A DNA stretch of 64,000 bases from Chiloscyllium plagiosum (GCF_004010195.1 NC_057746.1:11930236-11994235), one strand, 5' to 3'. Positions 1-15,473 are shown, counted from the stretch's first letter. The notes: generated by a model not told the origin, from the letters alone. Translations and numbers: made by a program.

Positions 1-1830
1 TGTCGACTCCTTATATATCAAAAGAGTGGTGATTGGTTTGAGGGGAACACAGTTTGAGAATAAGGGCATTCCCATTTGTACCTGAGACAGGGATATTCGT
101 TTCTCTTTGGAACTGTATGATCTGTGGTGTTCCCATACCGAAGTAGCAGTGAAGGCTGGGTTACTGAAAGCACTCAAGGTACAGTTCCATAGATCTTTTA
201 TGAACAATAGAATCCATGTTTATTGGGAACAGACAGGAAAGGGATGTTTATTTGGAATCGCATCAACAATACACACTCTGAATGGTGCAGCAGACGCGAG
301 GGGCTGAATGGCCAGCTGTTGCTCCTAACCCATGTGTTGTTCACTCAAGCACTGAGTAATGTTACAGAGATAAAGGAAGATCCCATTAACCCGTCAACAT
401 CATTATAATGAGACAGGAGGAGACCATTCTGCCATCTAAGGATTCGCAGGAATAGATTGAAGTCATTCAATCGCTAAGTACATTACACAGTTTAGGATGA
501 GGCCAAGCAACCTTTCTAGCCTGCTGCCCAGCAACTGGGGAAATCCGGTTAACTATCAGGGAATAAACATTTGGGATACATGTTTATTTTCAGGTTGTAA
601 CGTTGTAACTTGGAGGAGTGCCTCAAGGATCAGTGTGAGATTATCAACTACTTACAATCTATACCAATGATTTGGATAAGGGGTCGATTGGAGTGGAGAT
701 CAATTAGCTCATTTACCAAGATGGGCATTTAACTCTGCAATGGAGACTCTGCAATGGGATACAGGCAGGGTAAGTTAGTGAAAAAAACTTTGGTAGAAAA
801 CAGTATAATGTGAGATTAGGAATGTCAGTGTTGTGTTGAACAGATAAAATATCAGTTACCTACTTAAATGAAGAAACATTGTTGAACGCATTGGTACAGA
901 GAGATTTGTGTGTCCCAGTACATGAGCCACATAAATCTAGTCAGCAGATTCAGCAAGTGATTGGGAAAGTGTATCGAATAATGCTGTTTCATGCAAAGGC
1001 TATCGGGTAAAATCATCGGGATGTTTTACTTCATCTGTACATGACAATGCTGAGACTACATCGGGTGTATCGTGTGTAGTAATGAACCCCTAAATAACCT
1101 TGGCTTTTTGGGCGGCACGGTGGCACAGTGGTTAGCACTGCTGCCTCACAGCGCCAGAGACCCGGGTTCAATTCCCGCCTCAGGCGACTGACTGTGTGGA
1201 GTTTGCATGTTCTCCCCGTGTCTGCGTGGGTTTCCTCCGGGTGCTCCGGTTTCCTCCCACCATCCAAAGATGTGCAGGGTAGGTGAATTGGCCATGCTAA
1301 ATTGCCCGTAGTGTTAGGTAAGGGGTAAATGTAGGGGTATGGGTGGGTTTCGCTTCGGCGGGTCGGTGTGGACTTGTTGGGCCGAAGGGCCTGTTTCCAC
1401 ACTGTAATCTAATCTAATCTAATCTAAACTGAAAGAAAAACATGCAAATGTTTTCGAAGCTTTCACAGATGTTTAACTTTACTATTTGTTATAATGAAGG
1501 CCAGAAACAGACCCTTCAGTCCAGCTTATCTGCACCGAACAGATATTCCAAAATGATGTAGTACCATTTGGCAACATTAGACCCATAACCATCTAAACCC
1601 TTCTTATTCATAGACCCTCCATTGTCTCTTAAATGCTGTAATTGTACCAGCCTCCACCACTTTCACTGCCATCTCGATCCATACACGCACTACCTTTTGA
1701 GTAAAAAAGTTACCCTTCAGGTATCTTTTTAATCTGTCCCCTCTCACCTTAAATCACTACCCTCTGGTTTGGACTCCTCTAGCCTTGGAAAATAACCTTG
1801 GCTTTTCCTCGCATCCATGCCCCTCATGGC
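1..1830. mobile_element. Old fragmented CR1 LINE pieces (plus strand about 1-1480, minus-strand 3' end about 1500-1830)
   Basis: Degenerate GVPQGSV and CR1 3'-end sequence similar to the younger copies in the window. Confidence 0.6.
1110..1426 (+). mobile_element. HE1-like tRNA-derived SINE
   Basis: Pol III A box TGGCACAGTGG, B box GGTTCAATTCC, conserved core, CR1-derived 3' end, (AATCT)n tail. Inserted in an old CR1 fragment. Confidence 0.9.
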
Positions 1831-4800
1831 CTCGACAAGGTCAGAACAATTCAAGCCTGAGAATGAGAGATGTTCATATTGAACCATACAAGCCGATGAG
1901 GAGAGTTTTTTTTTGGGGGGGGCGTAGCTAATGGATGAGAGAATAAAACTAAGCATTCGTTTTTAGAAGACAATATATTCGTTTTATATTATTACTACGA
2001 CGACATGAATTTATTGTACAAATATTATGCAGACACATATAAACATACCTTCAAATTATAAATTACTTCCAAAATGGAGCAGATAACAGGGATGGAGTCA
2101 TGCAATCAGGGGAATGTTCAACCAGACCTGACATAGTCCAGGTTGGTGTTTGGGTCACATTATTGCATGTTTCCGATCAGAGAAGGAGAAAATGTAACCT
2201 GTCGTAGAAGCAAATGACCATTGCTCCATCTCTACTTGTACTTCTCTGCAGCAAAATATGCGAGCTGAAAACCAATCAGCCATGTTCAGCACTCTTTGAG
2301 GGTTCGTGTTGAGGATTCATTGGAATCTCTTCACTGCCTTCTGCAAAGGGATTTCAACCAAATCTAACTGTTCCAGGAAGAAACCTCAGTGCTAGCAGCT
2401 TCTGTCAGGCAGAATAACTTCAGAGGCAGAATAAAAATGGAACATTTTCAATTTTGCTTTTGTCATGAAATCAACGGTTATTTGGACAACGCTATTCCGA
2501 ACTAATATTCTGCAGAGTTTCATTATTTTTCTGTTTGCCGTCAGACATGTGTGTGCGTGGGTGTGCACGCATGCGCGTCTGCATCTTTGCGTGCATGTTT
2601 CTGTGCCTCAGATTAATAGAAAAATAAATGTTGATGTATATATTGTTAATGTCCAAACTGTATATCGTTTATATATCCATCGTAATTCGCGTAACTCTGC
2701 TTTGGTTTTAGATTAGTTATTTTTACAAATTTAAGAAACCTGTCGGACTTGTTCCTAACACTGAACCTGACCCAGTCTGAGACGGATATCATTTACCATA
2801 TCATTGATAATTTGTCGTGACGTCTGGAGGGGAGGGACTAGAAAAAGAAGCAATGACTCTCTAACCTCTATAGGAACAGGATAAGGAGAAATTCACAAAC
2901 GGCCATTTGAGTGGCAATTTCTCCTACCCACAGGTTTGTGGAACCTGTGTGTTTGCATTTATTCAAAGGTGTGTGAGTTTACTATTTGATGGGAAAGTGA
3001 CTCAAGCATAATGAACTGCAGATAAGAACGTGGGGCTGAGATCACAATCTGATCAACCACAATTTTAGTGCCTGGTGGGGCAGGGACCCACTCCTGTTCC
3101 TCAGTCCTACTTTACCCCATTCCATTCAGCCCCTCAATCTGCTAATCAGGAGCAATTGAAGACCACTTACTCCTAATACTTGGTGCACAGAAACCGAGGT
3201 GACCATTCAGCCCCTCTATACAGTCAAACATGTTTTGGCGTTGATTGGAACACGTTCTTAGGAAAATGAGTTGGTGTTACTGTAAATCAGTCCCATCCTG
3301 TCTCTTTACAGAAGTTCCCCTGTCTCCATTTATTAGTCATGTTGTTGACCCAGATTCATAGTGAATATGACCACATACTGTACCCAGAAATTGCTCACAA
3401 TATCCTCTGGTCTCTTTGACTACAACATTCCTTCACAGGACATCCAGGAAAATAATAACGATGAATCTTCCAATAACAGGATGCAAGAATAGGTCATTCA
3501 GCTCCCACTGTCTGCCTTTCCCTTCAATAGGATCATGGCTGATCTGCTCTAAGCCCCAACTCCTGGAGTGGCTGCCGTGTCAAACATCCATCCATCCCTT
3601 CTTCCAACTACCTCAATGATCTATCTCCCCTTCCTCTGTGGAATAGTGACGTTACTCCCTCTGTGAGAAGGAAACGCACCACACACATACACCGTGACCT
3701 ATTGACATCAACAAATTATATTAAAAAACCAGGTAATAGTGAATGGCCCTGACAATAAGGCAGTGTTTAACTGAGGATGGCATCAAGTAATCTGAAGAAA
3801 ATTGAACATAATGGAAATGAAGGGTAACCTCCCCACAGGTTGGAGTGATTCAGCACTTAGAAGATGTTTGTAATTCTTTGACATGTACCAACTCAGTCTC
3901 GGGACATCTCTGCGGGAGATGCGCAGCACAAGCATCCTCATTTGCGCCTTGGTGTCTTTCCCCCCATCAGAATCTAGAAGTGGAGATGGTGACTGAAAAC
4001 CATGTAATGTTTAGAACAATGTGTCCCCCTCCACTCCTGAAGCAGTCTGTGTCCATGTGCAGGAAGACCCGGACAGCATTCAGGCTTGTGCTGTTGAATT
4101 GTCGGTAACATTCATGTAACAGTCCTGCTGGACACTGTGCTTTACCAGAGAAAAGAGAGTTGCTCATTCAGCACCTCACGCTCACTTCACAGGAATGTGA
4201 GGAGGTCATTCCGCCCATCAATGCTATCGGATAAGAATAGGGATAGCCCATTCATTCTCTCCTGACTATTACACAGGAGCCCAGTCAAACACATGAGTTG
4301 TTAAACACGAAACACGGTTGGCCCAGTCAGGTACTTGAGCGTCTCCCATGACATCAGGAGGTGGCCATTCAGCCGCTCAAGCCCATTGTACAGAAATAGG
4401 ACGATATTATCAATGACCAAACAAGACAAACCAATGAAACAGAGACTGCACGGAAAGACTGTTCTATGTCGTTCCTCTTGGCTCCATTGCTAATAGTACA
4501 CAATGGATACATTAATATGGTTCGTTGACGGTGAGGAGGGTGGACATCTCCGATAAGGCAGACCGGTATTCCCAATGGAGGTCAGAAGCTGCTGGGAACA
4601 GCTAACATTTTAGGCATTGCAGCTGCTGACAGATTTGTGAACAATGTGACTTTCAGTGCAGGGTCACACACCAACTGCACATTGAGGCAATGAGAGTTCA
4701 TTCAGATCCTGAAGCTCTCTCCCAACCAACATAGGAGCTTCACAGAGGTACATAAACTAAAAAGAAGCATGCATCATGGGCAAAATGTAATTTCTCATGC

Positions 4801-5229
4801 CGTCAATGTCTTTCTCTGGACGTAATGTGTGTTCGTCCATAATCTTCAAGTTTCAATGCAGTCAACTCTTATTCTCTCACGGTGCTTCAAATTAAACATC
4901 AATTTCCTTCACACTCTGTTCATGTTACCATTATCCCAGTGATTATTCTGATACAACAGCTTTGCACTGCCTCTTTGACAAGGAGATCACAGATTTATAA
5001 AGGTCAGAAAGTCAGTCCACCATAGCCTAAATACTGCCTCAACAACACTCCACAACTCCTACATATGATTTATTGTGTAATAAAGGCTGACATTTCATTT
5101 CCTGTCCTGATTAATGGATGCCCGGCATGAATTCTGTTTGTGACGTGTGACCAAGGACACTCCGGTCCTTTTTGCCAAAAGCACTTCCCAACTTCTAATA
5201 AATACAACATGAAAATGAAAGTATATGTT

Positions 5230-8200
5230 AACAAAAACAACAAAGAAAATTTACAGCCCAGGAACAGACACTTCGGCCCTCCAAGCGTGTGCCGATCCAA
5301 ATGTACTGTCTAAACCTGTCAGTCAATTCCTAATCATTTGTAAACCTCTGTTCACCACCTACACATGCATCTGTCCAGACGCATCTTAAATGAATCTACC
5401 GTGCCTGTCTTTACCACCTCTGCTGGCAACGCATTCCAAACGCTCACCACCCTCTGTGTGAAGTCCTTACCGCGTGTATCCCCCTTAAATTTCCTCCTCT
5501 GACTTTGAAAGCGTGAACTCTCGTTATTGAATCCTTCACCCTGGGAAAAAGCTTGTCTCTATCCACCCTGTCTAAACCCTTCATGATTTTGTAAACCTCA
5601 ATCAGGTCCCCCCTCAATCTCCTTTTTTCAGGTGAAAATAAACCTAACCTACTCAACCTCTTTTCATAGATAGCACCTTCCATACTAGGCAACATCTTCG
5701 TAAACCTTCTCTGCACCCTCTAAAAAGCGTCCATGTCCTTTTGGTAATTTGGCGACTAGAACTGTACACAGTATTCTAAATGTGGCTGAATCAATGTCTT
5801 GTACAACGTTAATATGACTTGCCAGCTCTTATACTCAATAACCCGTCCAATGAGGGCAAGCAAACCATATGTCTTCTTGACTACTCTACCCGCCTGTGCA
5901 GCGACCTTCAGGGTACAATGTACCTGCACTCCCAGATCTCTCTGTCCAACAATTTTACCAAGGCTCTTCCGTTTATTGTATAATTCGCACTAGAATTAGT
6001 CTTGCCTACATGCATCACCTCACATTTGTCTGGATTGCAAACCAGCTGCCACTTTTCCGCCCAAATCCCCAGTCTATCTCTCTCCTCCTATATTTTCTGA
6101 CAGTCCCTTATGCTTTCTGCTCCTCCACCAGTCTTCGTGTCATCTGCAAACTTGCTGATCATACCAACAATGCCCTCTTCCAGATCATATATTACAAAGA
6201 ACAGTGGCCCCAACACTGACCCCTGTGGATCACCACTGGTCACCTTTCTCCATTTCAAGAAACTCCCTTCAACTACTATTCTCTGTCTCCTGTTTCTCAA
6301 CCAGATCTTTATCCACCGAGCTAGAACACACTGCACACCATATGACTTCAATTTCTCCATTAGTCTACCATGGGGAACCTTATCAAACGCCTTACTAAAG
6401 TCCATGTATATGACATCAACAGCCCTTCCTTCATCTATCAACTTGCTCACTTCCTCGAAGAACTCAATTAAGTTGGTAAGGCACAGTCTCCCCTGCTCAA
6501 AGCCGTTTTGCCTATCACTGATAAACCCATTCTTTTCTAAATATAAGTAGATCCTATCACTCAGTACCTTCTCCAGCAACTTTCCCAGTGACATCGGACT
6601 CACTAGTCTTTGGTTAGACAGAATAAGTCTACAACCCTTCTTGTACAGGGGGACAACATGAGCTACCCTCCAGTCCTCTGGCACCTCACCTGTATTTAAG
6701 GATTCCACAAAGATATCTATCAGGTACCCAGCTACTTCCTCTCTCACCTCCCTCAGCAACCTGGGATAAATCCCATCTGGTCCCTGGATTTGTCCACCTT
6801 AATAACCTCTAACCTACCAAACACATCTTCACTACTTACGTCAATGTGATCCAGACTAAACAAACTTCTATCTCTAATGTCAACATTCATCCTGCGCCAC
6901 TCCTCAGTGAACACTGTTGTAAAGTAATCATTCAGAATCTCACCTATTCGCTCAAGTTCGACACACAGCCTTCCTTCATTATCCTTTAGTGGACCAATCC
7001 TTTCTCTAGTTACCCTCTTGCTTCTTATCTCAGAATAAAATGCTGGATGCTCCTTAATTCTGCTCACTAAAGCTATTTCATAACTCGTGTAAGCCCATTA
7101 ATTCCTTGTTTAAGACTTGTCCTACTCTTCTGATATTCTTCCAGGGCACGTTCTGTTCTTACCTGCCTATGTCTTATGTATGCTTCCCTTTTCCTCTTAG
7201 CTAGTCGTACAAATTCTCCTAACATCCACTGTTCATGAATGTTGCACTTCCTATCCTTTGCCTTCAACGGGACATGCCTATCCTTCACTGTCTTTAAACT
7301 ATCTTTAAAAGCCTCCCACATCTCAAATGTTGACTTTCCTTCAAATACCTGTGTCCATTCCACATTTCTGAGCTCATGCCTAATTTTGATATACTTGTTC
7401 TTGGCCCAGTTTAGTACTCTTCCTTTATCTACTTTATCCACGAGTATTCTAAAACTTACAGAATTGTGGTCACTGTTCCCAAAGAAAACCCCCACCACAA
7501 CCTTTACCACCTGTCCTGGCTTGTTCCCCAGTACCAGGTCCAATATGGCCCTTTCTCTCGTCGGACTATTGACATACTGCAGTAAAAAAAACTCTACTGG
7601 ACACTTCTTACAAATTCTACCCCATCCAGAGCTCTGACGCTAAGTATATCCCAGTCAATGTTGGGATCACCACTAACCTATTGCCTCTACATCTTTCCAT
7701 AATCTGTTTACCTATTTTTCTTCTACCACATGTTCACTGTTGGGAGGCCTGTAATACAGCCCCAACAGTGTAACTGCACCCTTCTTATTTCTCAGCTCCC
7801 CCATAATGCCTCACTACCCACGACCACAATAGTGTGCTCCTTTAGCAAAGCCGTAATATCGTCTTGACCAACAATTCAACTCCACTCACCCCCCTTTTAC
7901 TTCCCTCCCTGTCCTGTCTGAAGCGTCTATATCCTGGACTGTTTAATTGACAATCATCAAGCACTTCCTTCAACCAAGTCTCTGTGATAACAATAATGTC
8001 ATACTCTCAGGCAGCAATCCAAGCCCTAAGTTCATCTGCCTTACACACTATACTCCTTGCATTAAAGTAGATGCATTTCAGGCTACCAGTTTTTTTTTTT
8101 TTCCTTTTTGGGCTCATCTACTCACTGCCTACTCTTCCCTTTATGAATGCTATCTTCATATTACACACTATACTCCTTGCATTAAAGTAGATGCATTTCA

Positions 8201-9290
8201 GGCTACCAGTTTTTTTTTTTTCCTTTTTGGGCTCATCTACTCACTGCCTACTCTTCCCTTTATGAATGCTATCTTCATAATTCTTACAGTCTCCAGTCTC
8301 CACCTCACTGCCAACTTGTTTTTTCTTCTGGTTCCCAGTCTCCTGCCACATTAGTTTAAATCCTCCCAACAGTAGTAGCAAAAACTCCTCCAAGGACTTT
8401 GGTTACAGTCTGGTTCAGATGTAGACCATCCATTTTGTAATAGTCTCACCTGCCCCAGAACCGGTCCCAATGTCCAACATATTGAGCCTCTCCCTCCTTC
8501 ACCATCCCCCAAACCACGTGTTCATCCTATTTTTTTTTAATTTATACGCTGGCTAGCACGTGGCACTGTTAGTAATCCCGAGATCACTACCTTTGAGGTC
8601 CTCCTCTTTAACTTCTCTCCTAGCTTCCTGAATTCTTCTTTGAGGACATCATCTCGCTTTCTGCTTATATCGTTCCTGCCCATATGCGCCAAGACAACTG
8701 ACTGTTCACCCTCCCCTTTTAGAATGCTATGCAGCCGATCGGTGACATCCCTGACCTGAGCACCTGGGAGGCAACATACCATCCAGGAGTCCCGTTTTCG
8801 GCCACAGAATCGCCTATCTACTCCCCTCACAACAGAATCCCCATTGGCAATGGTCCTACGAGTCGCTTTCCCGCCCTTCTGAACAGCAGTGCGCGCCACG
8901 ATTCCATGATCCTGGCAAATGCTGCCCTCTCCTGGTGAGCCATCTCCTCCAACAGTATCCAAAACGGTATACTTGTTTTGGAGGGAGATGACTGCAGGGG
9001 ACACCTGCACTGCCTTCTTACTCTTTTTCTGTCTTTTGATCACCCATTCACTGTCTCCCTCAGCAATTCTAAGCTGTGTTGTGACCAGCTCACGAAACGT
9101 GCTATCCAGGGCATCCTCAGCATCGCGGATACTCCGCAGTGAGTCCATCCGCAGCTCCAGAGTCGTCATGTGGTCAAACAAGAGCTGCAGCTGGACAAAC
9201 TTCTTGCAAGTGTAAGAGTCAGTCACGTCAGACACGTTCCTAAGCTCACACATCAAGCAAGAGCAACAGGTCACTGGTCTGAGTCAACCA
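5230..9290 (-). mobile_element. Near full-length CR1 LINE, frameshifted
   Basis: ORF1 8537-9274 with CxxC finger and SGNH esterase (GDSVVR..HMGRND). ORF2 pieces with APE endonuclease (SDHN) and RT ([26 protein letters not shown]). Confidence 0.93.
8041..8279 (+). repeat. 120-bp near-exact tandem duplication inside CR1
   Basis: 8041-8160 is repeated at 8161-8279, differing only in poly-T length. Confidence 0.95.
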
Positions 9291-9390
9291 TTGTAATTTG
9301 GACAAAAGTTTGGCATAGTACAGTGGAAGTTTATAGTATCCATTTGCCTTACAGACATCTGAAATTTCAAGATTTTCCCTTATCCATGGC

Positions 9391-9493
9391 CTGTGGGTAT
9401 GGGTGGGTATGTGGGTGTGTGTGTGGATGTGTGTGTGGGTGTGTGTGTGTGGGTGTGTGTGTGTGAGAGAGAGAGAGCGAGAGAGAGAGAGAG
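9391..9493 (+). repeat. Compound (GT)n(GA)n microsatellite
   Basis: Read directly from the sequence. Confidence 0.95.
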
Positions 9494-12400
9494 AAGCAGC
9501 TGATGAGAATGTTATTGTTATTTTGGTATTCTCTAATTAGATTCAGGGGTTCAGCCTTTTTTAAAATGAATATTCGCGTTTGCTTCAGTGGTTTTTTTTT
9601 TAATCGAGAATTAACCGGAGTTCAGTCTGGTTAGTATCATATAACTTGACAGCCTTTTAAAACAAATCTGCATCTGCTCAAATTTTCCAATTGTTGACTC
9701 ACAGTCCATGACTTACGAAAGAATGAATATCAAGCTGACATGACAAAGAAAGATTAAAAAAATAACCTTAGAGGACATTGGGATGCTATAGATAAACATA
9801 GGTTAAGTGAATAGTCAAAGACCTGTCAAATAGAGTCTTACGTGGATAAATGAGAAGTTGTCCATTTTGACTGGAAGAAAAGCAATTTTTTTAAATACAG
9901 GGCGATTCCATACCTCTGAGATGCAGTGGGATCATAGTGTAACATTACCTGAATCTCAAAATTCTAGCATACAGATACAGCACTTAATTAGGAAAGCGAA
10001 TAAATGTTTTATTTTTATCATGGGGGAATTTAAACACAAAAGTAGAGAGCACTGCTGAGCTTGTATCTTGAATGTTCTAATTCTTATTGGTCACCCTGTT
10101 TGTGGAAGGAAATAAATACATTGGAAGCAGTTCGGAGAAAGCTTACCAGAATAAAACTTACTGAATGACTTGTCATACAAAGGGAATTCGGGTAGTCTAG
10201 GCTTTTGTCAGTTTGTGTTCAGGAGAGGAAGAGGCAAATTCATTGAAACAAGATGTTTCCTCTTACAGAAAAGACGAGAATGAAGGATTACTGTCTAAAC
10301 GTCAGCAGTTGTCCATTTAAAACAAATCGAGATGATTTGTTTTCTCTCAAAATGTGGAAACTCTGGCACGTTATTAAAGCAGAGCTATGGAACATTTTAA
10401 AGGCAAAGATAAACATTTTATTGTTGAGAGAGGGGTGGTGAAAGGTTTTCAGTGTAGGCAGGAATGTGGATTTAAAGTTACAATTAATGAGACATACTTA
10501 TGTTGAATATCGAACATATCCCTGTTTGTATGGGATGTGGCAGGTTGATTATACTGCCAAATTGGAGTGTCAATGTAAAGATCCAACAAACAAGTTTATA
10601 ATGCTGCAATCCTCCATCTTCAGAGCTTTTTCAATGGTTGAATCTTTCAAGTGTTTGTTTAAAATCACTTAAATTGTGTTGTATCACCAATTGCAGATAT
10701 GGAAACTGTGACACTTCCAAGACAGAAGAGATCCCAGTAATGAATGCAGTGATCACAAAGGAAGTTTTAATCCAACGTGTGACTTAAGTAAGTTTCATCC
10801 AGAACACAACAATGTTAAAGAAATTTGGTGCCACTTCCTGTAAGTTACATGGAGTGGCTTCTGTATGAGTACATGCAAGAGCAATGCGACAAACACCAAC
10901 CTACAGCAGTCACATTAACAAAATTGCTTTAATATGTCTATAATTTTTGCATTTTTCTGAGAGATTGGAGATTTTGTTTGCTTAAAAAATAGTTGCATCC
11001 GTGCAAAATATTCAAAAGTGTTCAGTGGAAAATTGCTTGTCCATTCAATATTCAGATCTCAATTTGTAGTCGACCATTTAGATAGCTGAACTCTGAAACA
11101 AGGATAAATATATTGAACAGTTTGGGTTCCGACCTCCTCCGCTCCCCTCATTCTCGCTGCGGTGTCTTTCAAATTCCCTGTGAAAGTTTTAAAGAAAAAA
11201 GTAGTTTTCCATTGTCCCACTACTTCTAGAAGTTGATCTATTTCATAAAAACAGTTGATCAAAGAATGTGATACTGAATTCCTGAGTATCCAGCATTTTC
11301 ATACCAGCAGTCAGCCAATTGTAGATACAAGAGTTAGGATAAAATATCTTTTTTCATGACTAATTTCAGCTACGGACGCTGAAGAACATGGAAATCAAAT
11401 TTCTCCAGGGAATGTTGTTGTGTTCAGAAAATAAGTTTGCTCCAGTATGTGTATTAATGATCCTTGATTCAGAATTCAAAGCCATGAAAGGAAATTGCTG
11501 GAGAGCTGTTGTTTCCATTGTTCAGGGGCTCCCTCTCGAAAGCATGTGACAGCAGTGCAACAAACAAGATCTGACTATGGCAATCGCATTAAATTTGCCT
11601 CTCTAATGCTTGCTTTGTTCCTATAGACAGAAGCTCTTATTTAGCTAGAACAACAGAAAGCATCCAAATAAAACACGAAAGAACTGTGAATGCTGTAAAT
11701 CAGAAAGAAAAACAGAGTTACTGGAAAGTATCCAAATCTCTTCAATGAAATGTTTCTCTTTCATCAGCTCGGTCCTGAACTGTTTGCCTCCCAATGACCT
11801 CTCTGGTCTAAAAGGTAAGGAAAAATCCTTTTCTCTCCGACATTCTCTGCCTCTCCCCCAACCTGTGCTCTGCTTTCTTGCAAACCAATTATGTAAGTTT
11901 GACAAAAGATATCGCCAACTCATGCAGTCATCCTTTTGCAGTGTGAGCAGTTTAACGAAAGCAGCTGAATAAGAGCTGCAATACTGAATCCAGAGCTTTC
12001 AGCCATTCCAGCAGCTGGCACACACTTGTAGATGGAGGCGAATGCTGATTTCAGTGACTAAACCTTTTCTTGTCTGATCAATTGCAGACCTGGTAAATTT
12101 GACAACCTAAACTGTGATCGAGATGGAAAACCGTGCCCTTCCAAATCTAAGGCGGTCACGAAAAGTATGTTTGATATAATATGCGACAATGACTTTGCTT
12201 TATTCAGAGTACAAGAAAGTGAAAGCAAATTGTTCGTGGTCTGGCAGTTACGATCAGATACCAAGGGACTCCTCATGAAAACATCACACAGTAGTGCAGA
12301 GAATACCATTCCTGACCATAGCAGTCACATACAACCTTTCTATTATCTAGATTATTCTTCGGGGCGGAGAGTTTTTTTTTTCAAAACAGGCAGTTCTAGG

Positions 12401-13153
12401 AGAGGACATCAAGGAAGCTTGAATTCAAAATTGCTTGCAAATTTGGGTTACTTATCCCTGATCATTTTAGTCACTTAAAATGAATATATTCAAGAAATAT
12501 GTATTCCATCACTCATTCACCCTTATCACCAACTACAATGTTCATCAAACCTATGAAAGGGGTTGAAGAATAAAATCAGTATTGATTGCAGTAACCGTCT
12601 GGATTGTAAGACGTTTAACAAAAGCAGCTGAACCCAACCAGCACAACTGAATCCAGAGTCTTCAGCCATTCAAGCAACTGGCACTTAGTAGTAGCTGGAG
12701 GCAAATGCTAACTTAAAGACTTACTTTTTCTTATCTGACCAGTTACAGGCATGGCCAGGTTGACAATCCAAACCGCAAGGGATATGAAAAATATAGTTCT
12801 CCAGGATTGTTTGCAATAACTAGAAAATATGTTTGATCTTTTGTGTAATTCGTACGTCATTTGATATTATATTCTCCAAGGCACTTACTAGAGAACAAGC
12901 ATTTCCTGTGAAGTTATGTAGATATTTCCTTCTGCATCCAGGAACCATGTAGCAGGCCATAGTTACCACAGTAAGCTTAACCCACAAAATATGTATCACA
13001 TCCAGAAGTTGGAAGATGGTGTTCTTTCTTACACAAGACTTTTGCAGTGATAATGTTATGACTTCTGGTGAAGCCCTGCTGGTTGAACTGAGAGCTGGAG
13101 TAAAACGTGATGATTGGCAGTGCCGAGGGTGGGCATGGTACTGACAGTAGTTT

Positions 13154-15473
13154 GAACATAGAACATAGAACATTACAGCGCAGTACAGGCCCTTCGGCCC
13201 TCGACGTTGAGCCGAATAGTCATACTAATCGGAAGCCCATCTAACCTATACTATTCCATCTACGTCCATATGCTTGTCCAATGACGACTTAAACGTACTT
13301 AAAGTTGGCGAATCTACTACCTTTGAAGGCAAAGCATTCCATACCCTAGCTACAATCTGAGTAAAGAAACTACCTCTGACATCTGTCCTATATCTATCAC
13401 CCCTCAATTTAAAGCTACGCCCCGTCGTGTTTGCCGTCCCCATACTTGGAAAAATGCTCTCCCTGTACACCCTATCTAACCCTCTGATTATCTTATATGT
13501 CTCTATGAAGTCACCTCTCAACCTTCTTCTATCCAACGAGAACAGCCTCAGGTCCCTCAGCGTTTCCTCATAAGACCTTCCCTCCATACCTGGTAATATC
13601 CTGGTAAATCTCCTCTGCACCCTTTCCAAAGCTTCCACATCCTTCTTATAATGCGGTGACCAGAACTGTACACAATACTCCAAGTGCGGCCACACCAGAG
13701 TTTTGTACAGCTGTAGCATAACCTCATGGTTCCGGAACTCAATCCCTCTTGTCATAAAAGCTAAAAACTGTATGCCTTCTAAACAACCCTGTCAACCTGA
13801 GTGGCAACATTCAAGGATCTATGTACCTGGACACCGAGATCACTCTGCTCATCTACACTGCTAAGAATCTAACCATTCGCCCAGTACTTTGCATTCTGGT
13901 TACACCGACCAAAGTGAATCACCTCACACTTGTCCGCATTAAACTCCAAATGCCACCTCTCAGCCCAGCTCTGCAGCTGATCTATGTCTCTGTAAACTAC
14001 AACATCCTTTGTCACTATCCACAGTTCCACCGACCTTAGTGTTATCTGCAAATTTACTAACCCACCCTTCAACGCCCTCATCCAGGTCGTTTATAAAAAT
14101 GACGAACAGCAGTGGACCCAACACCCGACCCTTGTGGTACACCACTGGTAACTGGACTCCAGGATGAACTTTTCGCAACAACAACCACCCTCTGTCTTCT
14201 TTCAGCAAGCCAATTACTGATCCAAGCTGCTATATCTCCCAAAAATCCCATTACTCCGCATTTTGTACAATAGTCTACTGTAGGGAACCTTATCGAACGC
14301 ATTGCTGAAATCCATATACACCACATCAACCAGTTTACTAAAATCTGCCTGTTTGGTTACCTTCTCAAAGAACTCTATAAAGTTTGCGAGGCACGACCTG
14401 CCCTTCACAAAACCGTGCTGACTATCCCTGATCAAATTATTCTTTTTTAAATGATTATAAATCCTATCTCTTATAACATTTTCCAAATCTTTGCCAACAA
14501 CTGAAGTAAGGCTCACTGGTCTATAATTACCAGGGTTGTCTCTACTCCCCTTCTTGAAGAGGGGAACCACATTTGCTATCCTCCAGTCTTCGGGCATTAT
14601 TCCTGTAGACAATGAGGATTAAAAGATCAATGCCAAAGGCTCGGCAATCTCCTCCATGGCTTCCCAGAGGATCCTACAATAAATCCCATCCGGCGCAGGG
14701 GACTTATCTAATTTCACACTCTGCAAGATTTCTAATACCTCTATATTGTGAACCTCAATTACACCTAGTCTAGTAGCCTATATCTCAGTATTCTCCTCGA
14801 CAACATTGTCGTTTTCTAGAGTGAATACTGTCAAAAAATATTCATTAAGTGCTTCCCCTATCTCCTCTGACTCCACACATAGCTTCCCACTGCTATCCTT
14901 GATTGGCCCTAATCTTACTCTCATCATTCTTTTATTCCTTAAATACCTATAGAAAGTCTTCGGGTTTACCCTGATACTATCCTCCAACAACCTTTCATGT
15001 CTGCTCCTGGCTCTTCTGAGCTCTCGCTTTAGGTCTTTCCTGGCTACCTTGTAATCCTCAAGCGCCCGAACTGAGCCTTCACATCTCAACCTAACATAAG
15101 CATTCTTCTTCCTCTTGACCAGAGATTCCACTTCCTGCATAAACCTCGGCTCCCGCACTCTACAGCATCCTCCCTGCCTGACAGGTACATACTTATCTAG
15201 GACACACAGGAGCTGTTCCTTGTATAACCTCCACATTTCTAATGTGCCTATCCTCTGCAGTTTCCTTCCCCATCCTATGCGTCCTAAATCTTGCCTAATC
15301 GCATTGTAATTGTCTTCATCCAGCTGTAACACTTGCCCAGTGGTATACACATTTCCCTTTCTGTCACTAAAGTAAACATAACAGAATTGTGATCGCTATC
15401 ACCATACTTCTTACCGACTTCCAAGACAGACACCTGGCCAGGCTCATTACCCAGAACCAAATCTAATGTGGCT
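13154..15473 (-). mobile_element. 5'-truncated CR1 LINE (ORF2 endonuclease end plus RT)
   Basis: ORFs 13246-15350 with NYRPVSLTS, YMDFS, KFAD and HLEYCVQFWSP; (TTCTATG)n tail. Confidence 0.93.

Noticed and set aside
1110-1185. tRNA-like sequence with A and B boxes
   Set aside because: SINE head followed by SINE core and tail, not a tRNA gene.
1031-1402. 123-aa ORF and similar ORFs at 18999, 20938 and 45693
   Set aside because: Antisense translations of HE1-like SINEs, not genes.
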